DNA from: Solirubrobacterales bacterium
GTDB lineage: Bacteria; Actinomycetota; Thermoleophilia; Solirubrobacterales; 70-9
Assembly: GCA_035554595.1 (NCBI GenBank)
Contig: DATMIH010000170.1
Location: 1 to 58,645 of the forward strand
Direction: 5' to 3'
Length of the DNA: 58,645 nucleotides
Positions 1 through 8,958 of this stretch are shown one piece after another. The stretch's first letter is position 1. Each line of letters starts with the position of its first letter. The notes beneath the pieces were generated by a model, which saw only the letters and a list, made by a program, of their open reading frames with translations, did not search any database and was not told the origin of the DNA. The position numbers were made by a program, and so were the translations under genes.

Positions 1-1614
1 ATCAAGAAGCTCTGCGCGGCGATGGAGGAACTGCAGCAGAAGGCGGGCAAGGAGAAGCTCGAGGTCGAGGCTCCCAAGATCGACGAGGGCCTGCTCAGCG
101 ACATCCGCTCCTCCCACGGCCAGGCGCTGGTCGACGCGATCGCGACCGAGGGCAAGCTCGAGCGCTACGAGGCGATCGACAAGGTCAAGGATGAGGTGGT
201 TGCCAAGTATGCGCCCGAGTCCGACGGCGAGGCAGACGAGAAGCAGGTGGCCGAAGTCAAGGCAGCCTTCGGTGCGATCGAGAAGGACACGATCCGCAAG
301 GCGATCGCCGTCGACAAGAAACGCCCCGACGGCCGTGCCCAGGACGAGATCCGGCCGATCGAGTGCGAGGTGGACATATCGCCCCGCGTGCACGGCTCGG
401 CGCTGTTCACCCGCGGTGAGACCCAGATCCTCTCCAACGCCGCGCTCGGCACGACCCGCATGGACATGCGGATCGACACGCTCGGCCTGGAGACCTCGAA
501 GAAATTCTGGCACCACTACAACTTCCCGCCCTTCTCGGTCGGGGAGGCCGGCTTCATGCGCGGCCCCAAGCGCCGCGACATCGGCCACGGTGCGCTCGCC
601 GAGCGCGCCCTGGTGGCGACGATCCCCAACGAAGAGGATTTCCCCTACGTGATCCGGGTCGTCTCCGAGACGCTCGAGTCCAACGGCTCCTCCTCGATGG
701 GCTCGGTCTGCGCCTCCTCGATGGCGCTGCAGGCCGCGGGTGTGCCGGTCACGGCCCCCGTCGCCGGCGTCGCGATGGGCCTGATCAAGGAGGGCGACGA
801 CTACATCGTCCTCACCGACATCGCCGGCGTCGAGGACCACCTCGGCGACATGGACTTCAAGGTCGCCGGCACCGCGGACGGGATCACCGCCCTGCAGATG
901 GACATCAAGATCACCGGCGTCACCTTCGAGATCCTCACCGACGCGCTGGAGCAGGCCAACAAGGGCCGCCAGTTCATCCTCGGCAAGATGGCGGAGGCGA
1001 TTGACGGCCCGCGCGAGCAGCTCTCCCAGCACGCGCCGCGGATCGAGTCGATCAAGATCGATCAGGAGAAGATCGGCGCCGTGATCGGCAAGGGTGGCGA
1101 AACCATCCGCGCCCTCTGCGAGGAGTTCGAAGCCGAAATCGACGTCGAAGACGACGGCACGATCCGCATCTACGCCCCGACCGGCATGCTGGTCGAAGCG
1201 TGTGTGGCGCGGATCCAGTCGATGACCAAGGAGGCCGAAGTTGGCGACCGCTACGAGGCCGCCAAGGTCGTCAAGACAACCACCTTCGGCGCCTTCGTCG
1301 AGTTGGTCAAGGGCACCGACGGTCTGCTGCACATCTCCAACGTCAAGCCGGGCGAGCGAGTCGACTCAGTTGACGACGTGCTCACCTCGGGTGAGGAGAT
1401 CGACGTCACCGTGGTCGAGGTCGACCGCGAGCGCGGTCGCATCGGCCTGCGCCTCTCCGACGATCCCTCGATCGCCGGCAAGAGCCCCGAGGAACTGGCC
1501 GCGGTCGGTTCCGGCGGTGGCGGTGGCGGTGGCAGCCGCAACGGGGGAGACCGTGGCGGCCGTGGCGGCCGCGAGGGACGCCGTCCCCGCGGCGGCGACC
1601 GCGAGCGGCGCTAA
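1..1614 (+). CDS. pnp: Polynucleotide phosphorylase (PNPase), 5'-truncated by window edge
   Basis: Frame 1 is open from base 1. Second RNase PH-like core, KH domain (IGKGGETIRAL) and S1 domain (TTFGAFVEL..GLLHISN) are recognisable, followed by a Gly/Arg-rich tail. Confidence 0.95.
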   Translation: MKKLCAAMEELQQKAGKEKLEVEAPKIDEGLLSDIRSSHGQALVDAIATEGKLERYEAIDKVKDEVVAKYAPESDGEADEKQVAEVKAAFGAIEKDTIRKAIAVDKKRPDGRAQDEIRPIECEVDISPRVHGSALFTRGETQILSNAALGTTRMDMRIDTLGLETSKKFWHHYNFPPFSVGEAGFMRGPKRRDIGHGALAERALVATIPNEEDFPYVIRVVSETLESNGSSSMGSVCASSMALQAAGVPVTAPVAGVAMGLIKEGDDYIVLTDIAGVEDHLGDMDFKVAGTADGITALQMDIKITGVTFEILTDALEQANKGRQFILGKMAEAIDGPREQLSQHAPRIESIKIDQEKIGAVIGKGGETIRALCEEFEAEIDVEDDGTIRIYAPTGMLVEACVARIQSMTKEAEVGDRYEAAKVVKTTTFGAFVELVKGTDGLLHISNVKPGERVDSVDDVLTSGEEIDVTVVEVDRERGRIGLRLSDDPSIAGKSPEELAAVGSGGGGGGGSRNGGDRGGRGGREGRRPRGGDRERR

Positions 1615-1617
1615 GCG

Positions 1618-2895
1618 TTGAGCCAAGCAGTTCTCAGCACGCAGGACTCGGGCGTCCGGGTCGTCACCGAGGAGGTCCCCTCGGTGCGATCCGTGGCGCT
1701 CGGTCTCTGGGTGCGCACCGGCTCCCGCAACGAGACCCCGGCCCAGGCCGGCGTCTCGCACTTCCTCGAGCACCTGCTCTTTAAGGGCACCGCGCGTTAC
1801 TCGGCGATCGAGATCGCCGAGAAGCTCGATGGCCTCGGCGCCTCGGTCAACGCGGCGACGGGCAAGGAGACCACGCATCTGCACGCTCGCTTCCTTGACG
1901 AGCACACCGAGGAGGTCTTCGACCTCTTGGCCGAGATGCTGTTGGCGCCGACCTACCCCGAAGTCGACTCCGAGCGCGAGGTAGTGCTCGAGGAGATCGC
2001 GATGTATGAGGACGAGCCGCAGGATCGCGTCCACGACATCCTCGCCGAGGCGGTATTTGGCCAGCACCCACTGGGTCGCCGCGTACTCGGCGAGGCCGAG
2101 GTGATCAGCTCGGTCCCGGTGCCCGATATCGAGGCCTACCGCAGCGCCCGCTATACGGGGGAGACGATCGTCGTTGGCGCCGCCGGCAACGTCGATCACG
2201 CCCGCATCGCCGAGCTCTCCCAGCGCCTCGTGCGTCCCCCGAGCGCCAGCGCCAACGGACAGCCGGCCTCGGCACAGACCGACGAGGCCGCCCGCCTCTG
2301 CTTCTACGAGAAGGACACCGAGCAGTACCACATCTGTTTCGGCGCTCCCGGCATCACCCGCGAGGACGAGCAGCGCTACGCGCTTGCCGTCCTCGACTCG
2401 ATCTTCGGCGGCTCGAGCTCCTCGCGCCTCTTCCGCGAGGTGCGCGAGAAGCGCGGCCTCGCCTACGCGGTCGGCTCCTACAACGAGCAGTACACCGACT
2501 CCGGCCTGATCGCCAGCTACGTCGGCACCCGCGAGGACAACGTCGAGGAGGCCTGTGCGATCATCGGCGCCGAGATGGCGCGCCTGCGCAGCGAGCCGGT
2601 CTCGGCCGAGGAGCTCTCGCGGGCCAAGGAGAACGTCAAGGGCCGCCTCGTCCTCTCCTCCGAGTCGACCGCGGCACGGATGTCGCGGATCTCGCGCGCA
2701 ACGCTCTTCAACCTGCCGATCGACAGCCTCGACGAGATGATCGCCAAGGTCGACGCGGTCGAGGTCGACGACCTGACCGCGCTGGCCACCGAGCTCTACG
2801 GTCCCGAGCGGCTCTCCGCCGCCTGCGTCGGGCGCGACGAGAGCCGCTTCCGCGAGGCGCTCGGGCCGGTCAGCGAGACCCTGGTCGCGGCATGA
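1618..2895 (+). CDS. M16 family zinc peptidase (insulinase/PepR-like)
   Basis: Inverted zinc motif HxxEH (HFLEH). The gene sits directly after pnp, as in actinobacterial pnp-pepR synteny. TTG start 4 nt after the pnp stop. Confidence 0.85.
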   Translation: MSQAVLSTQDSGVRVVTEEVPSVRSVALGLWVRTGSRNETPAQAGVSHFLEHLLFKGTARYSAIEIAEKLDGLGASVNAATGKETTHLHARFLDEHTEEVFDLLAEMLLAPTYPEVDSEREVVLEEIAMYEDEPQDRVHDILAEAVFGQHPLGRRVLGEAEVISSVPVPDIEAYRSARYTGETIVVGAAGNVDHARIAELSQRLVRPPSASANGQPASAQTDEAARLCFYEKDTEQYHICFGAPGITREDEQRYALAVLDSIFGGSSSSRLFREVREKRGLAYAVGSYNEQYTDSGLIASYVGTREDNVEEACAIIGAEMARLRSEPVSAEELSRAKENVKGRLVLSSESTAARMSRISRATLFNLPIDSLDEMIAKVDAVEVDDLTALATELYGPERLSAACVGRDESRFREALGPVSETLVAA

Positions 2896-3557
2896 TCAAG
2901 GTCGCGGTCTCCGGCGCCGCCGGGCGCATGGGCCAGGCGGTCTGCGAGGCGGTGGGGGCCGCCGCCGACGCCGAGCTGAGCGGCATGGCCGATCCGGCCC
3001 TGGAGGTCGAGCTGGCCGAGGTGCTCGGCGATGCCGACGTCGTCGTCGACTTCACCACGCCGGAAACGGCGCTTGCCAACGCCGAAGCCTGTCTGGCGGC
3101 CGGCGTGCATGTCGTCGTCGGCACCACCGGTTTCGATCTCGATGCGCTGAGGGCGGCGGCAGAGGCCTCGACCGCAAACTGCTTCGTCGCGCCCAACTTC
3201 GCGATCGGTGCCGTGCTGCTGATGGAGGTGTCGCAGACGATCGCTCGGCACATGCCCGAGTGCGAGATCATCGAGCTGCATCACGATCGCAAGCTCGACG
3301 CGCCCTCCGGCACCGCCAAGCTCACCGCCGAGCTGATCTCCGGCGCCGGCGGCAACGTCCACGCGCCGATTCACTCGGTGCGCCTGCCGGGCCTGGTCGC
3401 CCACCAAGAAGTGATCTTCGGCGGCGAGGGGCAGACACTCAGCCTGCGCCACGACTCGATCGACCGCCACTCCTTCATGCCTGGTGTGCTGCTCGCCGTG
3501 CGCAAGGTGGCTGATCTGCCGGACCGCTTCACCGTCGGTCTGGAAAAGCTACTCTGA
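2892..3557 (+). CDS. dapB: 4-hydroxy-tetrahydrodipicolinate reductase
   Basis: N-terminal GAAGRMG dinucleotide fold. Signature ELHHDRKLDAPSGTA. ATGA overlap with the upstream stop. Confidence 0.9.
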   Translation: MIKVAVSGAAGRMGQAVCEAVGAAADAELSGMADPALEVELAEVLGDADVVVDFTTPETALANAEACLAAGVHVVVGTTGFDLDALRAAAEASTANCFVAPNFAIGAVLLMEVSQTIARHMPECEIIELHHDRKLDAPSGTAKLTAELISGAGGNVHAPIHSVRLPGLVAHQEVIFGGEGQTLSLRHDSIDRHSFMPGVLLAVRKVADLPDRFTVGLEKLL

Positions 3558-3562
3558 GCGCC

Positions 3563-4441
3563 ATGAAGGAGATTCGCGGAGTCCTGACTGCGATGGCCAC
3601 GCCGTTCGACGAGAACGGTGCGGTCGACGAGGCCGCTGCGCTGAAGCTGGCCACCTACCTGCTCGAGCATGGCTCGCACGGCTTGGTGATCTCGGGATCG
3701 ACCGGTGAGGCGCCGACGCTGACCGACGAGGAGGCGCTGGATCTGCTCAGCGCGGTTCGCCGCGAGGTCGGCGATGAGGTGCTGCTGGCCTGCGGCACCG
3801 GGACCAACTACACCGAGCACTCAATCGAGTTGACAAAGGGCGCGGCCGACGCGGGTGCCGACGCGGCTCTGATCGTCACCCCGTACTACAACAAGCCCAA
3901 TCCGGCCGGCATCCAGGCCCACTTCGAAGCGATCGCCGCGGCGATCCCATCGATGCCGATCATCGCCTACAACATCCCTTCGCGAGTGGTGGTCAACGTG
4001 CCGCCCGAGGGTCTGGCCGAGCTCGCCAAGATCGACAACGTCGTTGCGGTCAAGCAGGCCAACAACGAGGAGATGCAGCCAATAGAGGGCATGGAGATCC
4101 TCGCGGGCAATGACGACGTCTTCCTCAAGACGCTCGAACTTGGCGGTGCTGGCGGCATCCTCGTCGCCTCGCACCTGGCCGGTCCACAGATGCGCGAGAT
4201 GTGGGACGCGGCGCAGGCCGATGACATCGACGGCGCTCGGGACATAGACGTGGGGCTTCGCCAGCTCTACGCGGCAATCGGCGTCACCACTAATCCGATC
4301 CCGGTAAAGGCGGGCCTGGCGATGATGAACTTGATTCCGACCGACACCCTGCGACTCCCCCTGGTGCCCGCCGATGCGGAGCAGCGGGCGACGATGCGGG
4401 CCGCGCTCGAAAGCGTCGGCCTCACCCCGGTGAATCCCTAG
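3563..4441 (+). CDS. dapA: 4-hydroxy-tetrahydrodipicolinate synthase
   Basis: DHDPS-family layout (TPF..G.VD, GSTGE, YNKP, YNIPSR). Adjacent to dapB. Confidence 0.9.
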   Translation: MKEIRGVLTAMATPFDENGAVDEAAALKLATYLLEHGSHGLVISGSTGEAPTLTDEEALDLLSAVRREVGDEVLLACGTGTNYTEHSIELTKGAADAGADAALIVTPYYNKPNPAGIQAHFEAIAAAIPSMPIIAYNIPSRVVVNVPPEGLAELAKIDNVVAVKQANNEEMQPIEGMEILAGNDDVFLKTLELGGAGGILVASHLAGPQMREMWDAAQADDIDGARDIDVGLRQLYAAIGVTTNPIPVKAGLAMMNLIPTDTLRLPLVPADAEQRATMRAALESVGLTPVNP

Positions 4442-6105
4442 TGCCCGCCGGCAAGCTGCGTGTGCTGCCGCTCGGGGGACTGGGCGAGATCGGCAAGAAC
4501 ATGACCGTGATCGAGTACGACGGCCGCATCGTCGTCGTCGATACCGGCCTGATGTTTCCGACGGCGGAGATGCTCGGCATTGACCTCGTCCTGCCGGACT
4601 TCTCCTACCTGCGTGATCGCGTCGAGGACATCGAGGCGATCGTGCTCACCCACGGGCACGAGGACCACGTCGGCGCCCTGCCCTACGTGCTGCGTGAGCT
4701 CGGCATGCCGCCGGTTATCTACAGCGGCCTGCTCACCGTCGGCATGGTCCGGGCCAAGCTCGACGAGCACAAGCTCAAAGAGGCGCCGCTTCAGGAGCTG
4801 CCGGCGGGGGAGAGGGTGCAGGCCGGACCCTTTGAGTTGGAGCTGATCCACCTCTCGCACTCGATCCCCGACGCCCGCGGCGTCCTGCTCACCACCGAGG
4901 TCGGCAACGTGCTGATGACTGGCGACTACAAGTTCGACCAGACTCCGGTCGACGGCCGGCCGGCGGACATCTCGCGGCTGGCGGAACTGGGGCGCGACGG
5001 CCTGACGTTGCTCTGCGGCGACTCGACCAACGCCGACCGCCCCGGCGTGGCGCCCTCGGAGTCGAGCGTGGGGCCGGCCCTACTGGAGACCTTCGGCGCC
5101 TGCGAGGGGCGCATCATCGTCACCTCCTTCGCCTCCAATATCCACCGCGTTCAGCAGGTGATCGACGCCGCCGTGCAGCTCGACCGCCGGGTGGCCCTGG
5201 TCGGCCGCTCGATGCGAAAAAACTTCAACATCGCCTCCAACCTCGGTATCGCCAAAGCACCGTCGGGCCTCTTCATCCAGCCGCGCGAGATCGAGAACTT
5301 CCCCGACGAGAAGGTGATCGTGATCTCGACCGGCAGCCAGGGTGAGCCGCTCTCGGCGCTGCGGCGGATGGCCAACAACGACCATCGCGACGTCGAGCTG
5401 CACTCCGGCGACACGGTCGTCTTCTCAGCAACGCCGGTGCCCGGCAACGAGCGCGCCGTCAACGAGACGATCGACCGCATCTTCGAGATCGGGGCCAAAG
5501 TGGTGACCGCGAAGGACGCGCCGATCCACGCTTCCGGGCATGGCTGGCAGGAGGAGCTGAAACTGATGCTCAATCTGACCAAACCGCGCTTCGTGCTGCC
5601 CGTCCACGGCGACCACCAGCGCCTGCGCCTGCACGCCGGGCTGGCCGAATCGGTCGGCGTCGCGCCCGAGGACATCTTCCAGGGGCGCAACGGCCTGCCG
5701 CTGGAGATCGACCAGAACGGGGCCGGCTTCGGCGAGGAGATCCACGCGGGAGTGATCTACGTCGACGGCGTCAACGTCGGCGAGCCCGACGACGTCGCCC
5801 TGCGCGACCGCCGCGAGATCTCCGCCGACGGCCTCTTCATCGTCGTTGCCACGATCTCCTCCGAGGACGGCCACGTCGTTGCCGACCCGGAGGTGCTCTT
5901 CCGCGGCGTCGCCTTCCTCGAGGAGGCCGACGCACTGGTCGAGGACCTGCGCGACCTGGTCGAGGACTCACTCGAGGACGCGGCCAAAGCGGGAACGCGG
6001 GAGCTGCACCTGGTCCAGGAAGACGTTCACGACGCCGTCGCCGGACTCGTTTACGAAAAGCTGCGGCGGCGGCCGATGATCGTTCCGGTCGTCGTTGAGG
6101 TCTGA
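4441..6105 (+). CDS. rnj: Ribonuclease J (metallo-beta-lactamase/beta-CASP RNase)
   Basis: HGHEDH motif, beta-CASP region and typical length. GTG start overlaps the dapA stop by 1 nt. Confidence 0.9.
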   Translation: MPAGKLRVLPLGGLGEIGKNMTVIEYDGRIVVVDTGLMFPTAEMLGIDLVLPDFSYLRDRVEDIEAIVLTHGHEDHVGALPYVLRELGMPPVIYSGLLTVGMVRAKLDEHKLKEAPLQELPAGERVQAGPFELELIHLSHSIPDARGVLLTTEVGNVLMTGDYKFDQTPVDGRPADISRLAELGRDGLTLLCGDSTNADRPGVAPSESSVGPALLETFGACEGRIIVTSFASNIHRVQQVIDAAVQLDRRVALVGRSMRKNFNIASNLGIAKAPSGLFIQPREIENFPDEKVIVISTGSQGEPLSALRRMANNDHRDVELHSGDTVVFSATPVPGNERAVNETIDRIFEIGAKVVTAKDAPIHASGHGWQEELKLMLNLTKPRFVLPVHGDHQRLRLHAGLAESVGVAPEDIFQGRNGLPLEIDQNGAGFGEEIHAGVIYVDGVNVGEPDDVALRDRREISADGLFIVVATISSEDGHVVADPEVLFRGVAFLEEADALVEDLRDLVEDSLEDAAKAGTRELHLVQEDVHDAVAGLVYEKLRRRPMIVPVVVEV

Positions 6106-6123
6106 CGCGAGCGTCCCGGCCCC

Positions 6124-6405
6124 GCGGGTCCTGTCGCCGCAGGAACCCCCACCCCTTCCGGTCGCTAAAGCGTCCTCAGGGGCGGGTCCCCCTACGGCGC
6201 CACCCCCGGGGAGGGTCGCCCCCGGCAGAGCTTGCTTACAAAGGACGACACCGCCCGTCTGAAAGAAGCTCTTTGCCCTTGCACGGATGAGCGGGTATCG
6301 AACCGCTCGTCGGGCGGGTGGCGTGGTGGCGGGGGTCCCCCATAGCGGAGGGCGCGCGAAGCGCGTCCGAGCACATGGGGGAGGGCCGCCACGACAGGAC
6401 CCGCC
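6124..6405. other. Highly structured GC-rich orphan intergenic region (candidate ncRNA or regulatory 3' region; strand unresolved)
   Basis: Long-range complementarity between 6126-6136 (GGGTCCTGTCG) and 6392-6402, with a competing pairing of 6181-6189 to 6397-6405. Internal hairpins at 6208-6225, 6224-6277, 6289-6308 and 6350-6368. No convincing ORF. Confidence 0.3.
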
Positions 6406-6443
6406 CGCCTAACCGCTTGTAGTTCGTTCGCTCACCCGCGCAC

Positions 6444-6489
6444 AAAAAAAAGGACCTGCCGGAGATGTTGGGGAGATCCGGCAGGTCCT
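6444..6489 (-). terminator. Rho-independent terminator of the histidine kinase operon
   Basis: Perfect 13-bp stem (6451-6463 / 6477-6489). It is followed on the minus strand by a run of 8 T (A-run 6444-6451 on plus). Confidence 0.85.
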
Positions 6490-6535
6490 TGTGTCTCGTC
6501 CGCGGATAAATCTAGGTCGGGCCGCTAAAGCGGAA

Positions 6536-8035
6536 CTAAAAGGTTCTGGCGGGTTGCTGGGCCGGTTGGAGGGGGAGGCGGACGCGGAATTGGGCGCCAC
6601 CAGAGGCGGATTCGCCAACTTCGACGGTGCCGTTGTGGGAGGTGGCAACGGCGCGGACTATGGCCAGGCCTAGGCCGCTACCGGGGCCGACAGCCGTGTC
6701 GGCGGGGCCCTCGCCGCGGACGAAACGGTCGAAGATCTGCTCGCGCAGGCGCGGGGGGATGCCGGGGCCGTCGTCGGCCACCTCGACCACCGCTTCGTCG
6801 CCGACGCGGCGGACGTGGAGTTCGATGCGGGCGCCAGGCGGCGTGTGGCGTGAGGCATTGTCGAGCAGGTTGAGGACCATGCGGTGAAGCTCGTCGGGAT
6901 TGCCCGTAACCGGTAGGGCATGCTGGTTGTCGATGTCAAGTTCGCGATCGCCCATCAGGGGGGCCAGCTCGACGGCGACGTTGCCGGCAATCTCGGCGAG
7001 GTCACAGGGGACGTGTTTTCCGGCTCGGCCGGCGTCGGCGCGGGCCAGCAGCAGCAGGTCCCCGACCAGGCGGCTCATCCGCTTCGAGGAGCGCAAGGCG
7101 GAGTCGACCATTGCCCGGTCTTCGTCCTGGCTCGGTGCGCCCAGCGAAGCCTGCAGAAGCTCGAGGTTGGCGAGGACGCTGGTCAGCGGCGTGCGCAGCT
7201 CGTGCGAGGCGTCGGCGACGAACTCGCGCTGCTTCTTCATCGCCGCCTCGCGCTCCGTGCGGGCGGCGTCGAGCGAGCGCAGCATCTGCTCCAGCGTGCG
7301 GCCCAGCTCGCCGACCTCGTCCTCAACCTTGGGGTCGGGCATGTGGCGCGACGGGTCCCCCGTGGCGGCGATTTGGCGCGCAGTGGCGGTCAGCGCCGAG
7401 ATCGGCCGCATCGCCCGGGCGGCGATCGCGAGCCCGGCGAGACTGGCGAGCAGAGTGCCGCCGAAGATCCCCGCGGCGATGAAAAGCCAGAGGCGATCGA
7501 CCGTCGAGTCGACGTGGGCGATGTTGCGGCCGTACTGAACGTAGCCGGTAGTGGCGCCCGTTTCGCTGCTGATTCGCGTGGTCGCGACCCGCATCTGACC
7601 GAAGTCCGAGAGACCCAGAGAGGAGGACGACCCCAGTTGCTCGGCATTGGTGCTTTCTTCCACCAGATGGCCTTCGGCATCGAAAACACGAGCCGAGGCG
7701 CCGTCGGGGCGAACGAAATCGTCGAGTTTGGGACCGCGGTAGAGCGTTCCGAGCGCCGTGCTGAAGACTCTGCTTTCGGCGGCGAGCGTCTGCGCGGCGC
7801 TGCTCACCTGGCGGTTGAAGTCGTCGCGGATGCGGCTGGTGGCGACCTGGCCGATAACCGCCCCGAAGACGAGCAGGATGACGAGTGTGAGCCCTGCCGA
7901 AACTCCCGCTAGGCGCCACCGCACCGGCCACGATGACGGTCTCAGGCGATCGCCATACGGCGTCCTCAGTCGCCCAAATAGCGTTGCTATTCGGGCTCCC
8001 TGCGTCCTTGTCTGGCGACGCCCGAGCCTCGTCAC
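6536..8035 (-). CDS. Sensor histidine kinase (TM-HAMP-HisKA-HATPase)
   Basis: H-box ASHELRTPLT, N-box LLDNASRHTP, G-boxes DDGPGIP and GSGLGLAIV. I chose the GTG at 8035, 1 nt after the response-regulator stop (TAAcGTG). The track ORF runs to 8164, where it overlaps the regulator. Confidence 0.85.
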   Translation of the reverse strand: MTRLGRRQTRTQGARIATLFGRLRTPYGDRLRPSSWPVRWRLAGVSAGLTLVILLVFGAVIGQVATSRIRDDFNRQVSSAAQTLAAESRVFSTALGTLYRGPKLDDFVRPDGASARVFDAEGHLVEESTNAEQLGSSSSLGLSDFGQMRVATTRISSETGATTGYVQYGRNIAHVDSTVDRLWLFIAAGIFGGTLLASLAGLAIAARAMRPISALTATARQIAATGDPSRHMPDPKVEDEVGELGRTLEQMLRSLDAARTEREAAMKKQREFVADASHELRTPLTSVLANLELLQASLGAPSQDEDRAMVDSALRSSKRMSRLVGDLLLLARADAGRAGKHVPCDLAEIAGNVAVELAPLMGDRELDIDNQHALPVTGNPDELHRMVLNLLDNASRHTPPGARIELHVRRVGDEAVVEVADDGPGIPPRLREQIFDRFVRGEGPADTAVGPGSGLGLAIVRAVATSHNGTVEVGESASGGAQFRVRLPLQPAQQPARTF

Positions 8036-8036
8036 G

Positions 8037-8732
8037 TTATTGCTTGAGCACGTAGCCGGCGCCGCGTTTGGTGTGCAGGAGGCGATCCTCGCCACCGGCC
8101 TCCAGCTTGCGGCGCAGGTTGGAGATGAAGACGTCGATCGTGTTCGTCGCCGCGGTCGGGTCATAGCCCCAGACGTCGTCGAGCAGCCGCTCGCGCGAGA
8201 CGACGAGGCGCTCGTTGCGCATCAGGTACTCGAGCAGCTCGAACTCGCGGTTGGTCAGCTCCAACTCGCGCTCGCCGCGTTTGACCTCGCGCGTGTCCGG
8301 GTTGAGGGCGAGGTCGCCGACTTCCAGCGAGGCGGCGCCTCGCGGCGGCCGGCGGCGCAGCAGGGCGCGGATCCGCGCCAGCAGCTCCTGACGCTCGAAC
8401 GGCTTAACCAGGTAATCGTCGGCGCCGCTGTCGAGACCGCTGACCCGGTCCTCGGTCTCGGCGCGGGCGGTCAGCATCAGGATCGGCACGTCACCCTCAG
8501 CGCGCAGGCGCCTACAGACCTCGACCCCGTCGAGCCGGGGGAGGCCGAGATCGAGGACGACAAGATCGGGGACAAAGCCGGTGGCTACATCGAGGGCCTC
8601 GACCCCGTCGGCGCTCGTCTTCACCTCGTAGCCCTCCTGGCGCAGCGAGCGGCGCAGGACGTCGGCGATCTCGGCGTCGTCCTCGACCACCAGCACGCGG
8701 CCGGTGGCGGTTTCAGGCTCCGTGGTCAGCAT
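8037..8732 (-). CDS. OmpR/PhoB-family response regulator
   Basis: Receiver motifs (VLVVEDD, VVLDLGLP, KPF) and a winged-helix C-terminus (RGAGYVLK). Confidence 0.9.
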   Translation of the reverse strand: MLTTEPETATGRVLVVEDDAEIADVLRRSLRQEGYEVKTSADGVEALDVATGFVPDLVVLDLGLPRLDGVEVCRRLRAEGDVPILMLTARAETEDRVSGLDSGADDYLVKPFERQELLARIRALLRRRPPRGAASLEVGDLALNPDTREVKRGERELELTNREFELLEYLMRNERLVVSRERLLDDVWGYDPTAATNTIDVFISNLRRKLEAGGEDRLLHTKRGAGYVLKQ

Positions 8733-8802
8733 CCACAGCGATGTTAGACGGACAAAGCGCGAATGCCGTGGAGATTTACCCCTGATTTAGGCCGCGTGCA
8801 GA

Positions 8803-8910
8803 GGGAATTGGGCGGGTCTTCCACTTAACTTTTTCGGTGGAGACGTCACGAGCTGGCGCCGCGAGGGATTGCCGAAAAAGTGCAAGACGTTCCAGGCCCG
8901 CCCAATTCCC
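8803..8910. repeat. Long imperfect inverted repeat in the divergent regulator/ftsK intergenic region
   Basis: Perfect 14-bp arms GGGAATTGGGCGGG (8803-8816) / CCCGCCCAATTCCC (8897-8910). An inner complementary pair is ACTTTTTCGG / CCGAAAAAGT. Confidence 0.6.
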
Positions 8911-8958
8911 TGTCCTCGGGGCGCAGGGGAGGCAGTCTCCACGTCGAAGGGGCTGCCC

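Noticed and set aside
1510-1535. GGTGGC tandem repeat in the pnp tail as a phase-variable microsatellite
   Set aside because: The unit is 6 nt, so slippage stays in frame, and only about four copies are present. It encodes part of the Gly-rich tail, with no evidence of switching.
6140-6175. CCGGAAGG on the minus strand as a possible SRP (4.5S) RNA domain IV
   Set aside because: The conserved GGAA-tetraloop helix with the AGCA asymmetric-loop context is not present.
6289-6308. T-loop-like sequence GAGCGGTTCGATACCCGCTC on the minus strand, suggesting a tRNA or the tRNA-like end of tmRNA
   Set aside because: The loop is 8 nt, not 7. No complementary acceptor strand, D-arm or anticodon arm can be placed upstream, and there is no CCA or tag-reading-frame context. 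A tmRNA of normal length would also run into the rnj coding region.
6350-6412. Local resemblance to RNase P RNA conserved regions (GTCCGAGCACATGGGGGA vs GUCCGGGCUCCAUAGGGCA; CCACGACAGGACCCG vs CCACGACAGAACCCGG)
   Set aside because: The two motifs are adjacent here instead of ~300 nt apart, and the universal GAGGAAAGUCC stretch is missing. The available space is too short for a type A RNase P RNA. The similarity is probably a by-product of GC-rich complementarity. A covariance-model scan would settle it.
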